Translations under genes and position numbers: made by a program
The notes under the pieces: generated by a model
What the model saw: the letters and a program-made list of their open reading frames with translations, nothing else
Database searches by the model: none
What the model was told of the DNA's origin: nothing
Shown here: one piece after another, positions 9,423 through 18,447 of the stretch
Position numbering within the stretch: position 1 is the first letter of the stretch
Layout of the letters: each line of letters begins with the position of its first letter
DNA from: Nannocystales bacterium
GTDB taxonomy: Bacteria; Myxococcota_A; Polyangia; Nannocystales; Nannocystaceae
Length of the DNA stretch: 64,000 nucleotides
Direction of reading: 5' to 3'
Assembly: GCA_050633305.1 (NCBI GenBank)
Contig: JBOEGF010000008.1
Span: 414,474 to 478,473 of the forward strand

Positions 9423-10998
9423 GCCCCATCAGCTCGAGGCAGGTCGCAGCAACGTTGCCCAAGTTCGCCCCCACGAGCGCGTCGGGGTCGAGCGCAAGTC
9501 CGGGGCGCGCCGCATCGTAGACATGCAATGGGACCGGGTTGAGGCTGTGGCTGGTCCGCGCGCGCGGCCGGCCGTCCTTGCCGAGTTCGACCATTTGGTC
9601 CGCGTTGCCGTGGTCTGCCGTCACCACGAGCACGCCGCCCAGAGACCGCACCACCGGAAGCAGCCGGGCCAGACACAGGTCGACAACCTCGACCGCAACC
9701 CGCGATGCATCGAGATCGCCCGTATGCCCAACCATGTCGCCGTTGGCGTAGTTCACCCGGGCGAAGTCATGGCCGCCCTCCCGAAGCTCGGCGATCAACT
9801 TGTCGGTGATCTCCGCCGCCTTCATCCAGGGCCGCTGTTCGAACGGCACCCGATCGGACGGAACCTCGACGTAGGTCTCGAGCGATTCGTCGAATGCACC
9901 GCTGCGGTTCCCGTTCCAAAAGTACGTCACGTGCCCGAACTTCTGTGTTTCGGAGATCGCCAGCTGCCGCTTTCCCGAGCCAGCGAGCAACTCCCCCATC
10001 GTCCCTTCGATAGACGGTGGTTCCACCAAGAAGCGAGACGGGACGTGCTCGTCGCCGTCGTACTGCATCATCCCAGCGTAGAGCACGTCGGGGCGGGGAC
10101 CCCGAGCAAACTTGTCGAACGTCTCCGCCTCAAAGGCCTGTGAGATCTCGAGCGCGCGGTCGCCTCGGAAGTTGAAGAGAATGACGGCAGCGCCATCACG
10201 GATGGGTCCGACGGGTTTGCCCGCCTCGGCGATGACAAACCCCTCGAGGTCCTGGTCTCCCTTGTCGGACTCGTCGTAGAGGGTGGCAATCGCCACGCTG
10301 AGGCTCTGGAACGCTCGGCCCTCCCCCTTCACATGGAGCTTCCAGCCGCGCTCGACCATCGCCCAGTCAGCCTCGTAGCGATCCATGGTGATCGACATAC
10401 GCCCGCCTCCACTCGCCACGCGGTAGTCCCGGCCTGAGACCGACAACGCGGCGAGCTTGGATTCCAACGCCGCAGTGTACTCGAGCGCCGAGCGTGCCGG
10501 AACATCGCGACCGTCGAGCAAGGCGTGAACACGACATGACACGACCCCCTCTGCGGCGGCGCGCTCGAGCATCGCAAAGAGATGGTCGATGTGGCTATGC
10601 ACGTTGCCGTCCGACAACAGTCCGATGAAGTGCAGAGGTTCGCCGCTGGCCTGAACCCGCGCCACCGCGTCCCGCCAGGCCGTGCCTTCGAACATAGAAC
10701 CCGAGTCCATGGCGTTGGCGACCAGCTTCGCCCCCTGATCGAAGATTCGACCCGCCCCCAGCGCGTTGTGGCCCACCTCGGAGTTGCCCATGTCCGCATC
10801 GGAAGGCATCCCCACCGCCGTACCGTGCGCCGCCAAGGTCCCGGTCGCACCGTGACTCCCCAGCCAGTCAAGCGTCGGCGTGTGCGCGAGCGAGACCGCG
10901 TCCGTGGCATCGCCCGCCCCGATCCCCACACCGTCCATCACCACGCAGACGACAGGACCCTTTGCGGGCTGGAACTGAGCGTGAGGATGAAGCGCCAT
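9376..10998 (-). CDS. gpmI: 2,3-bisphosphoglycerate-independent phosphoglycerate mutase
   Basis: MDGVG, MGNSEVGH, LSDGNVHSH, FNFRGDR, GDMVGHTG, TADHGNA. Confidence 0.97.
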   Translation of the reverse strand: MALHPHAQFQPAKGPVVCVVMDGVGIGAGDATDAVSLAHTPTLDWLGSHGATGTLAAHGTAVGMPSDADMGNSEVGHNALGAGRIFDQGAKLVANAMDSGSMFEGTAWRDAVARVQASGEPLHFIGLLSDGNVHSHIDHLFAMLERAAAEGVVSCRVHALLDGRDVPARSALEYTAALESKLAALSVSGRDYRVASGGGRMSITMDRYEADWAMVERGWKLHVKGEGRAFQSLSVAIATLYDESDKGDQDLEGFVIAEAGKPVGPIRDGAAVILFNFRGDRALEISQAFEAETFDKFARGPRPDVLYAGMMQYDGDEHVPSRFLVEPPSIEGTMGELLAGSGKRQLAISETQKFGHVTYFWNGNRSGAFDESLETYVEVPSDRVPFEQRPWMKAAEITDKLIAELREGGHDFARVNYANGDMVGHTGDLDASRVAVEVVDLCLARLLPVVRSLGGVLVVTADHGNADQMVELGKDGRPRARTSHSLNPVPLHVYDAARPGLALDPDALVGANLGNVAATCLELMGLTPPSSYARSVLARP

Positions 10999-11064
10999 GC
11001 CACGCATCATGACCGAGCGCTCGCCATATGCCGAGCACTTCGCTCACAGGCGTCGGCGAGTCTC

Positions 11065-11760
11065 CTAGAACATGAAGAGGTACCCCACCGACACGTCGAG
11101 GACGAGATCGAAGGGGTTGGTGTCCGGCTCAGCGGGGACGAGCGCGGGATCCTCGGGTTGAGGCTGCGCGACGATCTGGTAGGTGCTGAAGTATCGCTGG
11201 ACCGACGCACCGAGCGTGACGCCCTGGTTGTTGCGAATTGGGATGCCGATCAAGCCCCCGGTGCGGATCATCGCCGAGACATCCGAGTGGTGCTCCTCAT
11301 CGGTCGTCAGAATCCCCAGCGGCCGGACAAATGAGGAGATCCCGACGCCGACGGTGAGGTCGCCCTGGAGGTAGACCGGGCCCAACACGATCTGAAGCGA
11401 GGGCCCCGCACCAAAGTCGGAGTGCGCCAGCGCAGCGTAGCGGGTCGCGAACTGCTCCTGGTTGTCGAGCACCCCCTCGACCCGACGACGCTCGATGAAC
11501 CGGGTGTGCCCGAGGTCAACGCCCGCACCCAACCGAATGGGGCCGAGGCGGAGGCCATGGATTCGAAACGAGAACCCCGCGCCAAACCCAAGCGGCTGCA
11601 TGACGTCGGACCCGCCGGCGAGCAGAATGCCGAGCCGAGGAGCGGCGACCACGGAGAAGACGGGCCCCCGCTTTCGAGCGTGAGCGTCGTTGCTGCGCTT
11701 CGTCCCAGCAGCCGGCTGCATCGCCAACAACGACGCGAGCGCGAGGGTTGTCCCGAGCAT
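11065..11760 (-). CDS. Hypothetical outer-membrane beta-barrel-like protein
   Basis: Signal peptide, alternating beta-strands, C-terminal VSVGYLFMF with terminal Phe. Confidence 0.7.
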   Translation of the reverse strand: MLGTTLALASLLAMQPAAGTKRSNDAHARKRGPVFSVVAAPRLGILLAGGSDVMQPLGFGAGFSFRIHGLRLGPIRLGAGVDLGHTRFIERRRVEGVLDNQEQFATRYAALAHSDFGAGPSLQIVLGPVYLQGDLTVGVGISSFVRPLGILTTDEEHHSDVSAMIRTGGLIGIPIRNNQGVTLGASVQRYFSTYQIVAQPQPEDPALVPAEPDTNPFDLVLDVSVGYLFMF

Positions 11761-11830
11761 CGGTCGGACCATAGCAAGCCGAGGCAACCGATGCTTTGAC
11801 GATGGGACCGGGATGTCCTTTGATGCACGC

Positions 11831-12337
11831 ATGGCCAACGACACGTCCTCCCGAGACGATGCAAACCGTCCCGACGTCGACGCGACGCAGCTCACGCGGC
11901 GCGACCTGATGGGCGCCGCCGCGGGCGTGGTGCTGTGCGGATGCGCGGGAAAGGCGGAGAAGTGGACGACCGCCGAGGTCGAGACTCGGGAGGGTGTCGT
12001 GGAGCTCGACATCGCCGACTACCCAGAGCTCGCGACACCCGGCGGCATGGTCGCGGTCAAGCCGAGCGAAGCCAAGAAGCCGGTGTTGGTCATGCGTCTG
12101 GAGAACGACCAGTTCCGTGTGATGTCTCTTCGATGCCCGCACCTGGGCTGCGTCGTCCGCTGGGACGCGAGCATGCAAGACCTCGTCTGCCCCTGCCACG
12201 GGTCGCGCTTCACCGATACGGGGGAGAAGACGAAAGGGCCGGCGAAGTCCGGGCTCAAACAGATGCGTAGCCAGTTCATCGGCATGAAGGGCAACGCCGG
12301 GGGAACGAAGCTTCAGTTCATTCTCGACGAAGGCTGA
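11831..12337 (+). CDS. Rieske [2Fe-2S] protein with Tat/lipoprotein signal
   Basis: TRRDLM twin-Arg, LCGC lipobox, CPHLGC and CPCHGSRF motifs. Confidence 0.9.
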   Translation: MANDTSSRDDANRPDVDATQLTRRDLMGAAAGVVLCGCAGKAEKWTTAEVETREGVVELDIADYPELATPGGMVAVKPSEAKKPVLVMRLENDQFRVMSLRCPHLGCVVRWDASMQDLVCPCHGSRFTDTGEKTKGPAKSGLKQMRSQFIGMKGNAGGTKLQFILDEG

Positions 12338-12831
12338 TGGGCAAGGCGAAGCACCCCGTCACCTCGGCCATTCGCGCGCTCCGTGCCGCCAGCGTGTCGT
12401 TCGAGCCGCGCGAGTACGAGTACACCCCGCACGGCGGCACGCAGCGCAGTGCGCAGATGCTCGGCCTGGATGAGCACGCCGTCATCAAGACGATCGTCCT
12501 CGAAACCGAAACGGGAAATCCGCTCCTGGTCTTGATGCACGGCGATCGTCGCGTCTCGACCAAGAAGGTGGCCCGGGTCGTCGGCGCGAAGTCGATCAAG
12601 CCTTGCGAGCCCTCGGTGGCGACCAAACACACCGGCTACCTTGTGGGAGGAACCTCGCCGTTCGGCACCCGCAAGACCCTGCCGATCTACATGCAGCAGA
12701 CCATCACCGCACTTCCGCGACTCGTCATCAACGCCGGAAAGCGCGGTTTCCTGGTCGAGATGACGCCGGCGGATGTTGTCGAGGCGCTCTCCCCTTCGCT
12801 CGTCGATGTCGCTGAGCACGCGCCCTCGTAG
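12337..12831 (+). CDS. ybaK: Cys-tRNA(Pro) deacylase, YbaK/EbsC family
   Basis: VIKTIV, TGYLVGGTSPFG, INAGKRGFLVE. Confidence 0.92.
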   Translation: MGKAKHPVTSAIRALRAASVSFEPREYEYTPHGGTQRSAQMLGLDEHAVIKTIVLETETGNPLLVLMHGDRRVSTKKVARVVGAKSIKPCEPSVATKHTGYLVGGTSPFGTRKTLPIYMQQTITALPRLVINAGKRGFLVEMTPADVVEALSPSLVDVAEHAPS

Positions 12832-12980
12832 CGACAGAGCGGAATCGGCCAGCGCCGACCCGTGGAACCGACCGTTGGCGTGGGGTTGCTAGGCTCTCCG
12901 ACATTGCCTAGGCTCCGGCCGCGGGTCACCGAAGCCGCGCCACGCTGGCGCCGAGTTTCCAACCCCTGCAGCCCGATCCC

Positions 12981-13370
12981 GTGACCACCGTTGGTTCCCA
13001 CTGCATCCTCGAGATCTACGACAGCCCGTCGAGGCTGCTCGATGATGCGCAGGCCGTGGTCGAGGCTTTGCAGGCGGCCGCCCACGCAGCGAAGGCCACG
13101 TTGCTGCAAACCACGCATCACCGTTTCAAGCCCCATGGGGTCACGGCGCTCGCTCTGTTGGCCGAGTCCCACATCTCGGTGCACACCTGGCCCGAGCGTG
13201 GCTACGCCGCGTGCGACGTGTTCACTTGCGGCGAGCAAACACTCCCCGAGGCAGCTTGCATGGCGCTCGTCGAGGCGCTCGAGTGTCCGCGCTACTCCCT
13301 ACGCCGGCTTCCTCGTGGCGGCGAACTCTCGCCGCCCTCCGAACCCCGGCCAAGCTCGGACTGGACCTGA
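12981..13370 (+). CDS. speD: Pyruvoyl-dependent S-adenosylmethionine decarboxylase proenzyme (SpeD/SpeH class 1b)
   Basis: HRFKPHGVT, LAESHISVHTWPERGYAACDVFTCG with intact E-S cleavage site. Confidence 0.9.
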   Translation: MTTVGSHCILEIYDSPSRLLDDAQAVVEALQAAAHAAKATLLQTTHHRFKPHGVTALALLAESHISVHTWPERGYAACDVFTCGEQTLPEAACMALVEALECPRYSLRRLPRGGELSPPSEPRPSSDWT

Positions 13371-14530
13371 TGCACGCCCGCTTTGAACTCCGAAGAGACG
13401 CCGGACGCGTCGGCCCGTCCACGGGCCCCTGGGTCCGCCGCAAGCAGGTTGCTCGGGTCCAGGGCCTCGAGACCGCGCAAGCGCTGGCCGAAGTCCGGAC
13501 GCAAAAAGGCGAGACGTTGGGTTGGGGACTCGTTTCCCCGCACTCGAGCATCGCTGTCCGTCTGCTGACGTTCGGCGAAACGCCTCCCGAGGAAACCTGG
13601 CTCACGGACCGCCTGCACACAGCGATGACCGCCCGCGAGGCCTCCGGCTTTCAGCGCGACCACACGACCGGCTACCGGGTGGTCAACAGCGAGGGCGACG
13701 GCCTTCCCGGCTTGGTCGTCGATCGATACACCGACGACTTCGTCCTCCAGATCACCACCGCTGCCATGGCGGTTCGGCGTGAGGCCATCGAGGCGTGGTT
13801 TCGTAGCCACGGCCACAGCCGGCTACACGTCGTCCTCCCGCCGGGTGCGGCCAAACTCGAGGGGTTCGAGCCCGGAGTGTTCCGCGAGCACGATGCCGAC
13901 ACGCTCGCCTTCCGCGAGTTCGGTCTCTCGTTCGAGACCCCCGCACCACCGAGCCAGAAGACGGGCGCGTACTTTGACCAACGCGACAACCGCAGATTCG
14001 TCGCGCAGCTCGCCGCTGCGCATGGCGGACGCTTGCTCGACATCGGCTGTCACATCGGAGGGTTCGCTCTTCATGCCGCGCGTGCCGGCGTCGAAGCCGT
14101 CGGGGTCGATGCCTCCAAAGTCGCCCTCGAACACGCGGCCCGTAACGCAGCGGCGTCCAAGCTCGACGGGCTGACCTGGGTCGAAGCCGACATGTTCGGG
14201 CCCCTCAAAGACCCCAAGCTCGAGGGGCCCTTCGGCACGATCGTCCTCGACCCGCCAAAGGTCGCCACCAACAAGAGCAACGTCGACAAGGCAGTCGATG
14301 CGATGCGGCGCCTCGTCGGCCGTAGCTCAGCCAGGCTCGCCCCCGGTGGGCACATCGTGCTCTGCAGCTGCAGCCATCACCTCGGCCGTGACCATCTCGA
14401 CCGGGTCATGAACACCGTCGCGGGGCCTTGGGCCCGGGTCACGATGCTGGGGGCGGGTGTCGACCATCCGCTCGCGCCGAGCCATCGCGAGGGCGAGTAC
14501 CTTCGCGTCGGCGTCTATCGACGACGCTAG
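13370..14530 (+). CDS. Class I SAM-dependent methyltransferase, RlmI/YwbD-like
   Basis: NSEGDGLPGLVVDRY, QKTGAYFDQRDNR, LDPP, CSCSHH, DHP...EGEYL; ATG overlaps the speD TGA. Confidence 0.9.
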   Translation: MHARFELRRDAGRVGPSTGPWVRRKQVARVQGLETAQALAEVRTQKGETLGWGLVSPHSSIAVRLLTFGETPPEETWLTDRLHTAMTAREASGFQRDHTTGYRVVNSEGDGLPGLVVDRYTDDFVLQITTAAMAVRREAIEAWFRSHGHSRLHVVLPPGAAKLEGFEPGVFREHDADTLAFREFGLSFETPAPPSQKTGAYFDQRDNRRFVAQLAAAHGGRLLDIGCHIGGFALHAARAGVEAVGVDASKVALEHAARNAAASKLDGLTWVEADMFGPLKDPKLEGPFGTIVLDPPKVATNKSNVDKAVDAMRRLVGRSSARLAPGGHIVLCSCSHHLGRDHLDRVMNTVAGPWARVTMLGAGVDHPLAPSHREGEYLRVGVYRRR

Positions 14531-14556
14531 ACCGACGTGGCGACGGTGCGCAGACC

Positions 14557-14880
14557 CTAGGCGGTCTTGGCTGCGACGCGCTCGTCGCCAATACACAGTC
14601 GGTAGACGGAGTTCTCCGTCTCGACATACAGGACGTGCGTCTCAGAGGTGGTGAGGACCCGGCGAACAGCCGTGGTCACCATGCGTCGTCCGTTGGGGTC
14701 GCGGAAGATCACCATCCCGCGGCCTACTACCGGTTCCGAGAGAAGATAACCCTCGTAGATTCGCCCAACCGTTGTGTTGAGGCCGCCCCCATCCCGGGAC
14801 GTTCGAATCTTCGTCGCGACGACGGACAGCACCCTGCCAACGAGCTTATCCCGGCCCGTGGCTGGACGCCAACCGATCAA
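14557..14880 (-). CDS. Small hypothetical protein (start uncertain)
   Basis: Coherent beta-rich ORF ending YVETENSVYRL, downstream of the bat operon. Confidence 0.65.
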   Translation of the reverse strand: MIGWRPATGRDKLVGRVLSVVATKIRTSRDGGGLNTTVGRIYEGYLLSEPVVGRGMVIFRDPNGRRMVTTAVRRVLTTSETHVLYVETENSVYRLCIGDERVAAKTA

Positions 14881-14897
14881 TCGCGGAGGAGATTCGC

Positions 14898-15773
14898 CTA
14901 CGCGTCCCCGCGTTTCCCTACAGGGGGTGTCCCCTCACGACTCCCGCCTCGCGAGCCGGCAGCGCGAACAGCGTCGAGTCGCGCCACCGAGGCCTCCGGG
15001 ACCCAGCCCGTCAGCCCACCGGGAAGCTTCACCAGGCTCCAACCGGGCGATCGTTCGAGCACGCGCACCTGCGCACCCCCTTGGAGGGTGAACGACACCG
15101 ACCGATGTTGCCCCGGGCCCTCGCGTGCATCGACAGCGGCCGGGAGGACAATCGCCTCGGGCTGTGCGGTTGCCGCGCGGACCGACCAGCCGTGTAATCC
15201 ACCTGGGATTGTGAACACGAGCGCCAGCACGATCAGCAACGCGCGGGATGCTCCGGCGCGACGCGGCTGCCTGCGGACCCAGCGACGGTGCACGTACAGC
15301 GCGATGCACAATGCCAATCCGCTCAGCAGGGAGATCCACGCGACCCACGGCGCAGCGATCGCGCCAACGAGTAGATCCCAAGTGGTTTGCGGACGATCGA
15401 TCATCGCCCCACTCGTGGTCGCATCGAGCTCGGCGCGGCGTCGGACCGCAGCGAGGTTGGCTCGTGCCGCTTCCAGAATCTCGGTCGTGGGCCCCGCGCG
15501 CCAATCGGTCGCGCGTCGAAGATGATAGGTCGAACGCCCGAGGTCGCCGAGGTTCGCGTAGGCGGTCCCGAGGTTGTACGACAACACCGCGCTGCGCTGG
15601 GGCAACAGCGCGCTCGCTGTCTCGAAGGACGCGGCGGCTGAAGACCAATCATTGCGCTCCGCGGCGTTCGTCCCCTCCACGAAGGCATCATCGACCGCAT
15701 CGGCGTGCGCAGCGGTGGACCACGCCACGACGGCCATGAATACGAGCAGGGGAAGCGAGTTACGAAGCGTCAT
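14898..15773 (-). CDS. batE: BatE-like TPR + TM + SH3 protein
   Basis: YNLGTAY TPR, two TMs, SH3b (REGPG...GWVP); ATGA overlap with batD. Confidence 0.85.
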   Translation of the reverse strand: MTLRNSLPLLVFMAVVAWSTAAHADAVDDAFVEGTNAAERNDWSSAAASFETASALLPQRSAVLSYNLGTAYANLGDLGRSTYHLRRATDWRAGPTTEILEAARANLAAVRRRAELDATTSGAMIDRPQTTWDLLVGAIAAPWVAWISLLSGLALCIALYVHRRWVRRQPRRAGASRALLIVLALVFTIPGGLHGWSVRAATAQPEAIVLPAAVDAREGPGQHRSVSFTLQGGAQVRVLERSPGWSLVKLPGGLTGWVPEASVARLDAVRAAGSRGGSREGTPPVGKRGDA

Positions 15774-17536
15774 GCCGCCCCCTTGCTGAGCACTCGAACG
15801 ACGGATAGTGCGTCCTCCAGGACATGGTGGCGCTCGTCTGCGCCTCCGAGCGCGGCACCAAATCTCGCGTCGTCGCACTGTTCGAGGAGCGACTCGAGTC
15901 GACGTCGGTCTTCGGTCTCCACACCCTTGCGATCGAGCAGGCGAAGCAGCTCGGAGCGCGGGAGCCCCGTGCCTTCGGGACCCGCGACCTCGAGCGCGAC
16001 ATCTTGCAGCAACGCCGAGATCGCGGCATGAAATCCGTCACCGGACTCGACCGTCCCTTGGGCAAGTTCGATGCGTTCGCGGCGTCGAGCACGAACGACC
16101 GCCCGTCCACGTGCCGCCTCGTCCGGGCCAAACCGGCGCCAGCCCCAACCGCCCGCCAACCCAAGCATGACGAGGAGCGGCACGCCCAGCATGCCCATGG
16201 TCCAACGTTCCTGGGTCAGCCATCGGTCTCGTGGAAGCTCGCGTGGCACCGACGCCATCGCAAACACCGGCGCGAGTGGGTCCTCGACGACCGCGCCGAC
16301 CGCAGCGTCCTCATCGTCGTCGGTGCGGACGATCGCGTTGGGGTCGCCGCCGACAACGACCTCGATGACCGACGTCGACGCCGTGGCGTATGCCTCCTCG
16401 ACCGGATCGAAGAAGACCAGGTCGTGTGCCGGGATGCTCAAGGTCCCCGGACGTTCGGGAATCATGAGGAACGCGTAGCTGCGGGTGCCACCGACCACGT
16501 CGCCGCGGCTGCGTTCCGTGGTGACCTTCGGGTCATAACTACGGACGCCCGGAAGCTCGGCCCACTCACCGGGGTCGAGCAACTCGATGTTGCCCTCCCC
16601 CGCCACCGTATATGTCAGCGTGAACGGCTCACCGGGCTGGACCTCGTCGCGGTCGACCTTCGCGGAGATTTGATAGCGACCCACGTTGTTGGCGGAGAAA
16701 CCGGGCGGCTGTCCCTCGGCGGGAAGCGGTAAGATTTCGAGTGCGATGGGGTCGGAGAACCTGCGCTTCCGCCGGGAGATCAGGAGCTCCGATGCACCGA
16801 TCGTCGCAGTGCCTGCCTGTTGCGGGAAGAGTGCGCGACGGATGCCAGGACGCACACGGAACGGGCGGTCGCCGACCATCGTCGTGTACACCTCGGGCAG
16901 CGGAACTTCCTCGGAAATGAACCCTTCGAACGTTGGCGAGGTGCGCAGCGAGACGTCGAGAAAACGTTGTGCCTCGTAGACGTCGAGCCGGAAGGCGATC
17001 TGCTCTCCGACGTATGCCCGCTTCTTGTTGGTGCTCACCCACAAGAACACGTCTTCGGTGGCATCTGTCGGGGCCTCGACCGTGGGGTCCTCCAACGGCG
17101 GGCGCTCGCCGTCGGCGGCGATGACCTCGATGCTCACCGAGTTGGACGCGACCCGTTTCTTCCCGTCGGGGACGGTGAACGCGATCTTGAACGTTCCGAC
17201 TTTTCTCGCGGTCAGTGGACAGCTGACCCGCCGGGTCGTCGCGGCGGTTCGGCGGCCGTTGATCTCCTGAATCGAACGCGACGTACCGCTGGCGCACTGA
17301 CCGACATCGAACGCGTCCGCGACGGACTGCGGCAGCTCGGGCGTGGGCAGCTTCCCGCGCGTATCGGAGCGAGAGACGAGGAACTCGAGCGTGATGATGT
17401 CCCCGACGACCGTCTGGGTTTCGTCAGCCTCCACCGTCGCGGTGATGCCCTTGGCCGAAACGGAGGCCGGAAGCAGCACGGCGCAGACCGCAAAGAGTAC
17501 AGAGAGCACAGCGAGCGCAGCGGTTCGGAACATCAC
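15770..17536 (-). CDS. batD: BatD family protein
   Basis: Signal peptide, KKRAYVGEQI, ALFPQQAG, VGRYQI, GEGNI, FFDP, C-terminal TM. Confidence 0.88.
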   Translation of the reverse strand: MMFRTAALAVLSVLFAVCAVLLPASVSAKGITATVEADETQTVVGDIITLEFLVSRSDTRGKLPTPELPQSVADAFDVGQCASGTSRSIQEINGRRTAATTRRVSCPLTARKVGTFKIAFTVPDGKKRVASNSVSIEVIAADGERPPLEDPTVEAPTDATEDVFLWVSTNKKRAYVGEQIAFRLDVYEAQRFLDVSLRTSPTFEGFISEEVPLPEVYTTMVGDRPFRVRPGIRRALFPQQAGTATIGASELLISRRKRRFSDPIALEILPLPAEGQPPGFSANNVGRYQISAKVDRDEVQPGEPFTLTYTVAGEGNIELLDPGEWAELPGVRSYDPKVTTERSRGDVVGGTRSYAFLMIPERPGTLSIPAHDLVFFDPVEEAYATASTSVIEVVVGGDPNAIVRTDDDEDAAVGAVVEDPLAPVFAMASVPRELPRDRWLTQERWTMGMLGVPLLVMLGLAGGWGWRRFGPDEAARGRAVVRARRRERIELAQGTVESGDGFHAAISALLQDVALEVAGPEGTGLPRSELLRLLDRKGVETEDRRRLESLLEQCDDARFGAALGGADERHHVLEDALSVVRVLSKGAA

Positions 17537-18447
17537 CAGTCCTTCTCCGGCTGCACGTAACCACTTCCGGGCTTGTCCAACGTGAAGGGATCCTGCTCGT
17601 CGAGTTTCTCGAGGGCGCGCTTCATGTCCATACGATCGACCGGCTTGGGCTCTGCGTTCGGCTCGCCCTCCTCGGGCGGCGGCTCGTCCTGTTTGGGATC
17701 GGGCTGGTCCTTGGCGTCGTCCTCTGGCTCGGACTCTTGCTCTTCGGGTTCACCGTCGTCAGGAGGTTCCTGCTCGTCCTGCTCGCCCTCGTCCTTCTCG
17801 CCCTCGTCCTGCTCGCCTTCGTCCTGCTCTTCCTCGTCGCCTTCGTCCTGCTGCTCTTCGTCCTGCTGCTCTTCGTCCTGCTGCTCTTCGTCCTCCTGCT
17901 CTTCGTCCTCCTGCTCTTCGTCGTCCTTCTCTTCCTCGTCGCCCTCGTCCTCGTCGCCCTCGTCCTTCTCTTCCTCGTCCTTCTCTTCCTCGTCCTTCTC
18001 CTCTTGTTCCTCCTGCTCCTTTTTCTTCAGCAGGGCGAGTTCGAGGTTCCACTTGGCGTTGGCGTGGAGCGGGTTGGCTTTGAGGGCGTCGGTGAACCGC
18101 TCTACAGCGGGGGCGTAGGACTCGGCATCGAAGTCGAGGTTTCCAAGCTCGTACAGGGCGCTTGCGCGAAGCGTCGGGTCCGCGGATTCGGTCGCGCGCT
18201 CGAACGCTCGACGCGCTTCATCGAGCTTGTCCAAGCGCAGCAGCGCAAGACCACGGTCAAAGCCCACCTCCGGGCGCTCCCCCAGCCGCTCCTTCGCAGC
18301 GTCAAAGCGCTCCAGAGCGGACTCGAAGTCCTCGGCTTCGTACGCGGCCACTCCGGCATCGATGTCCGGGTCGGTGCTGGCCAGAGTCTGCGCGAGCCAG
18401 CCCGCGATCAAAACAGTCGCCACTTTGGCGGTCGGTAGCGCACTCAT
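17533..18447 (-). CDS. batC: BatC-like TPR protein with acidic low-complexity region
   Basis: TPRs, AKWNLELAL, long D/E/Q tract, C-terminal EKDW. Confidence 0.88.
   Translation of the reverse strand: MSALPTAKVATVLIAGWLAQTLASTDPDIDAGVAAYEAEDFESALERFDAAKERLGERPEVGFDRGLALLRLDKLDEARRAFERATESADPTLRASALYELGNLDFDAESYAPAVERFTDALKANPLHANAKWNLELALLKKKEQEEQEEKDEEEKDEEEKDEGDEDEGDEEEKDDEEQEDEEQEDEEQQDEEQQDEEQQDEGDEEEQDEGEQDEGEKDEGEQDEQEPPDDGEPEEQESEPEDDAKDQPDPKQDEPPPEEGEPNAEPKPVDRMDMKRALEKLDEQDPFTLDKPGSGYVQPEKDW
17770..18020 (-). repeat. Coding tandem repeats (DEEEK, DEEQE, DEEQQ, DEGEQ; 15-nt units) in batC
   Basis: Repeated tcgtcctgctgctct / tcgtccttctcttcc units on the + strand. Confidence 0.85.
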
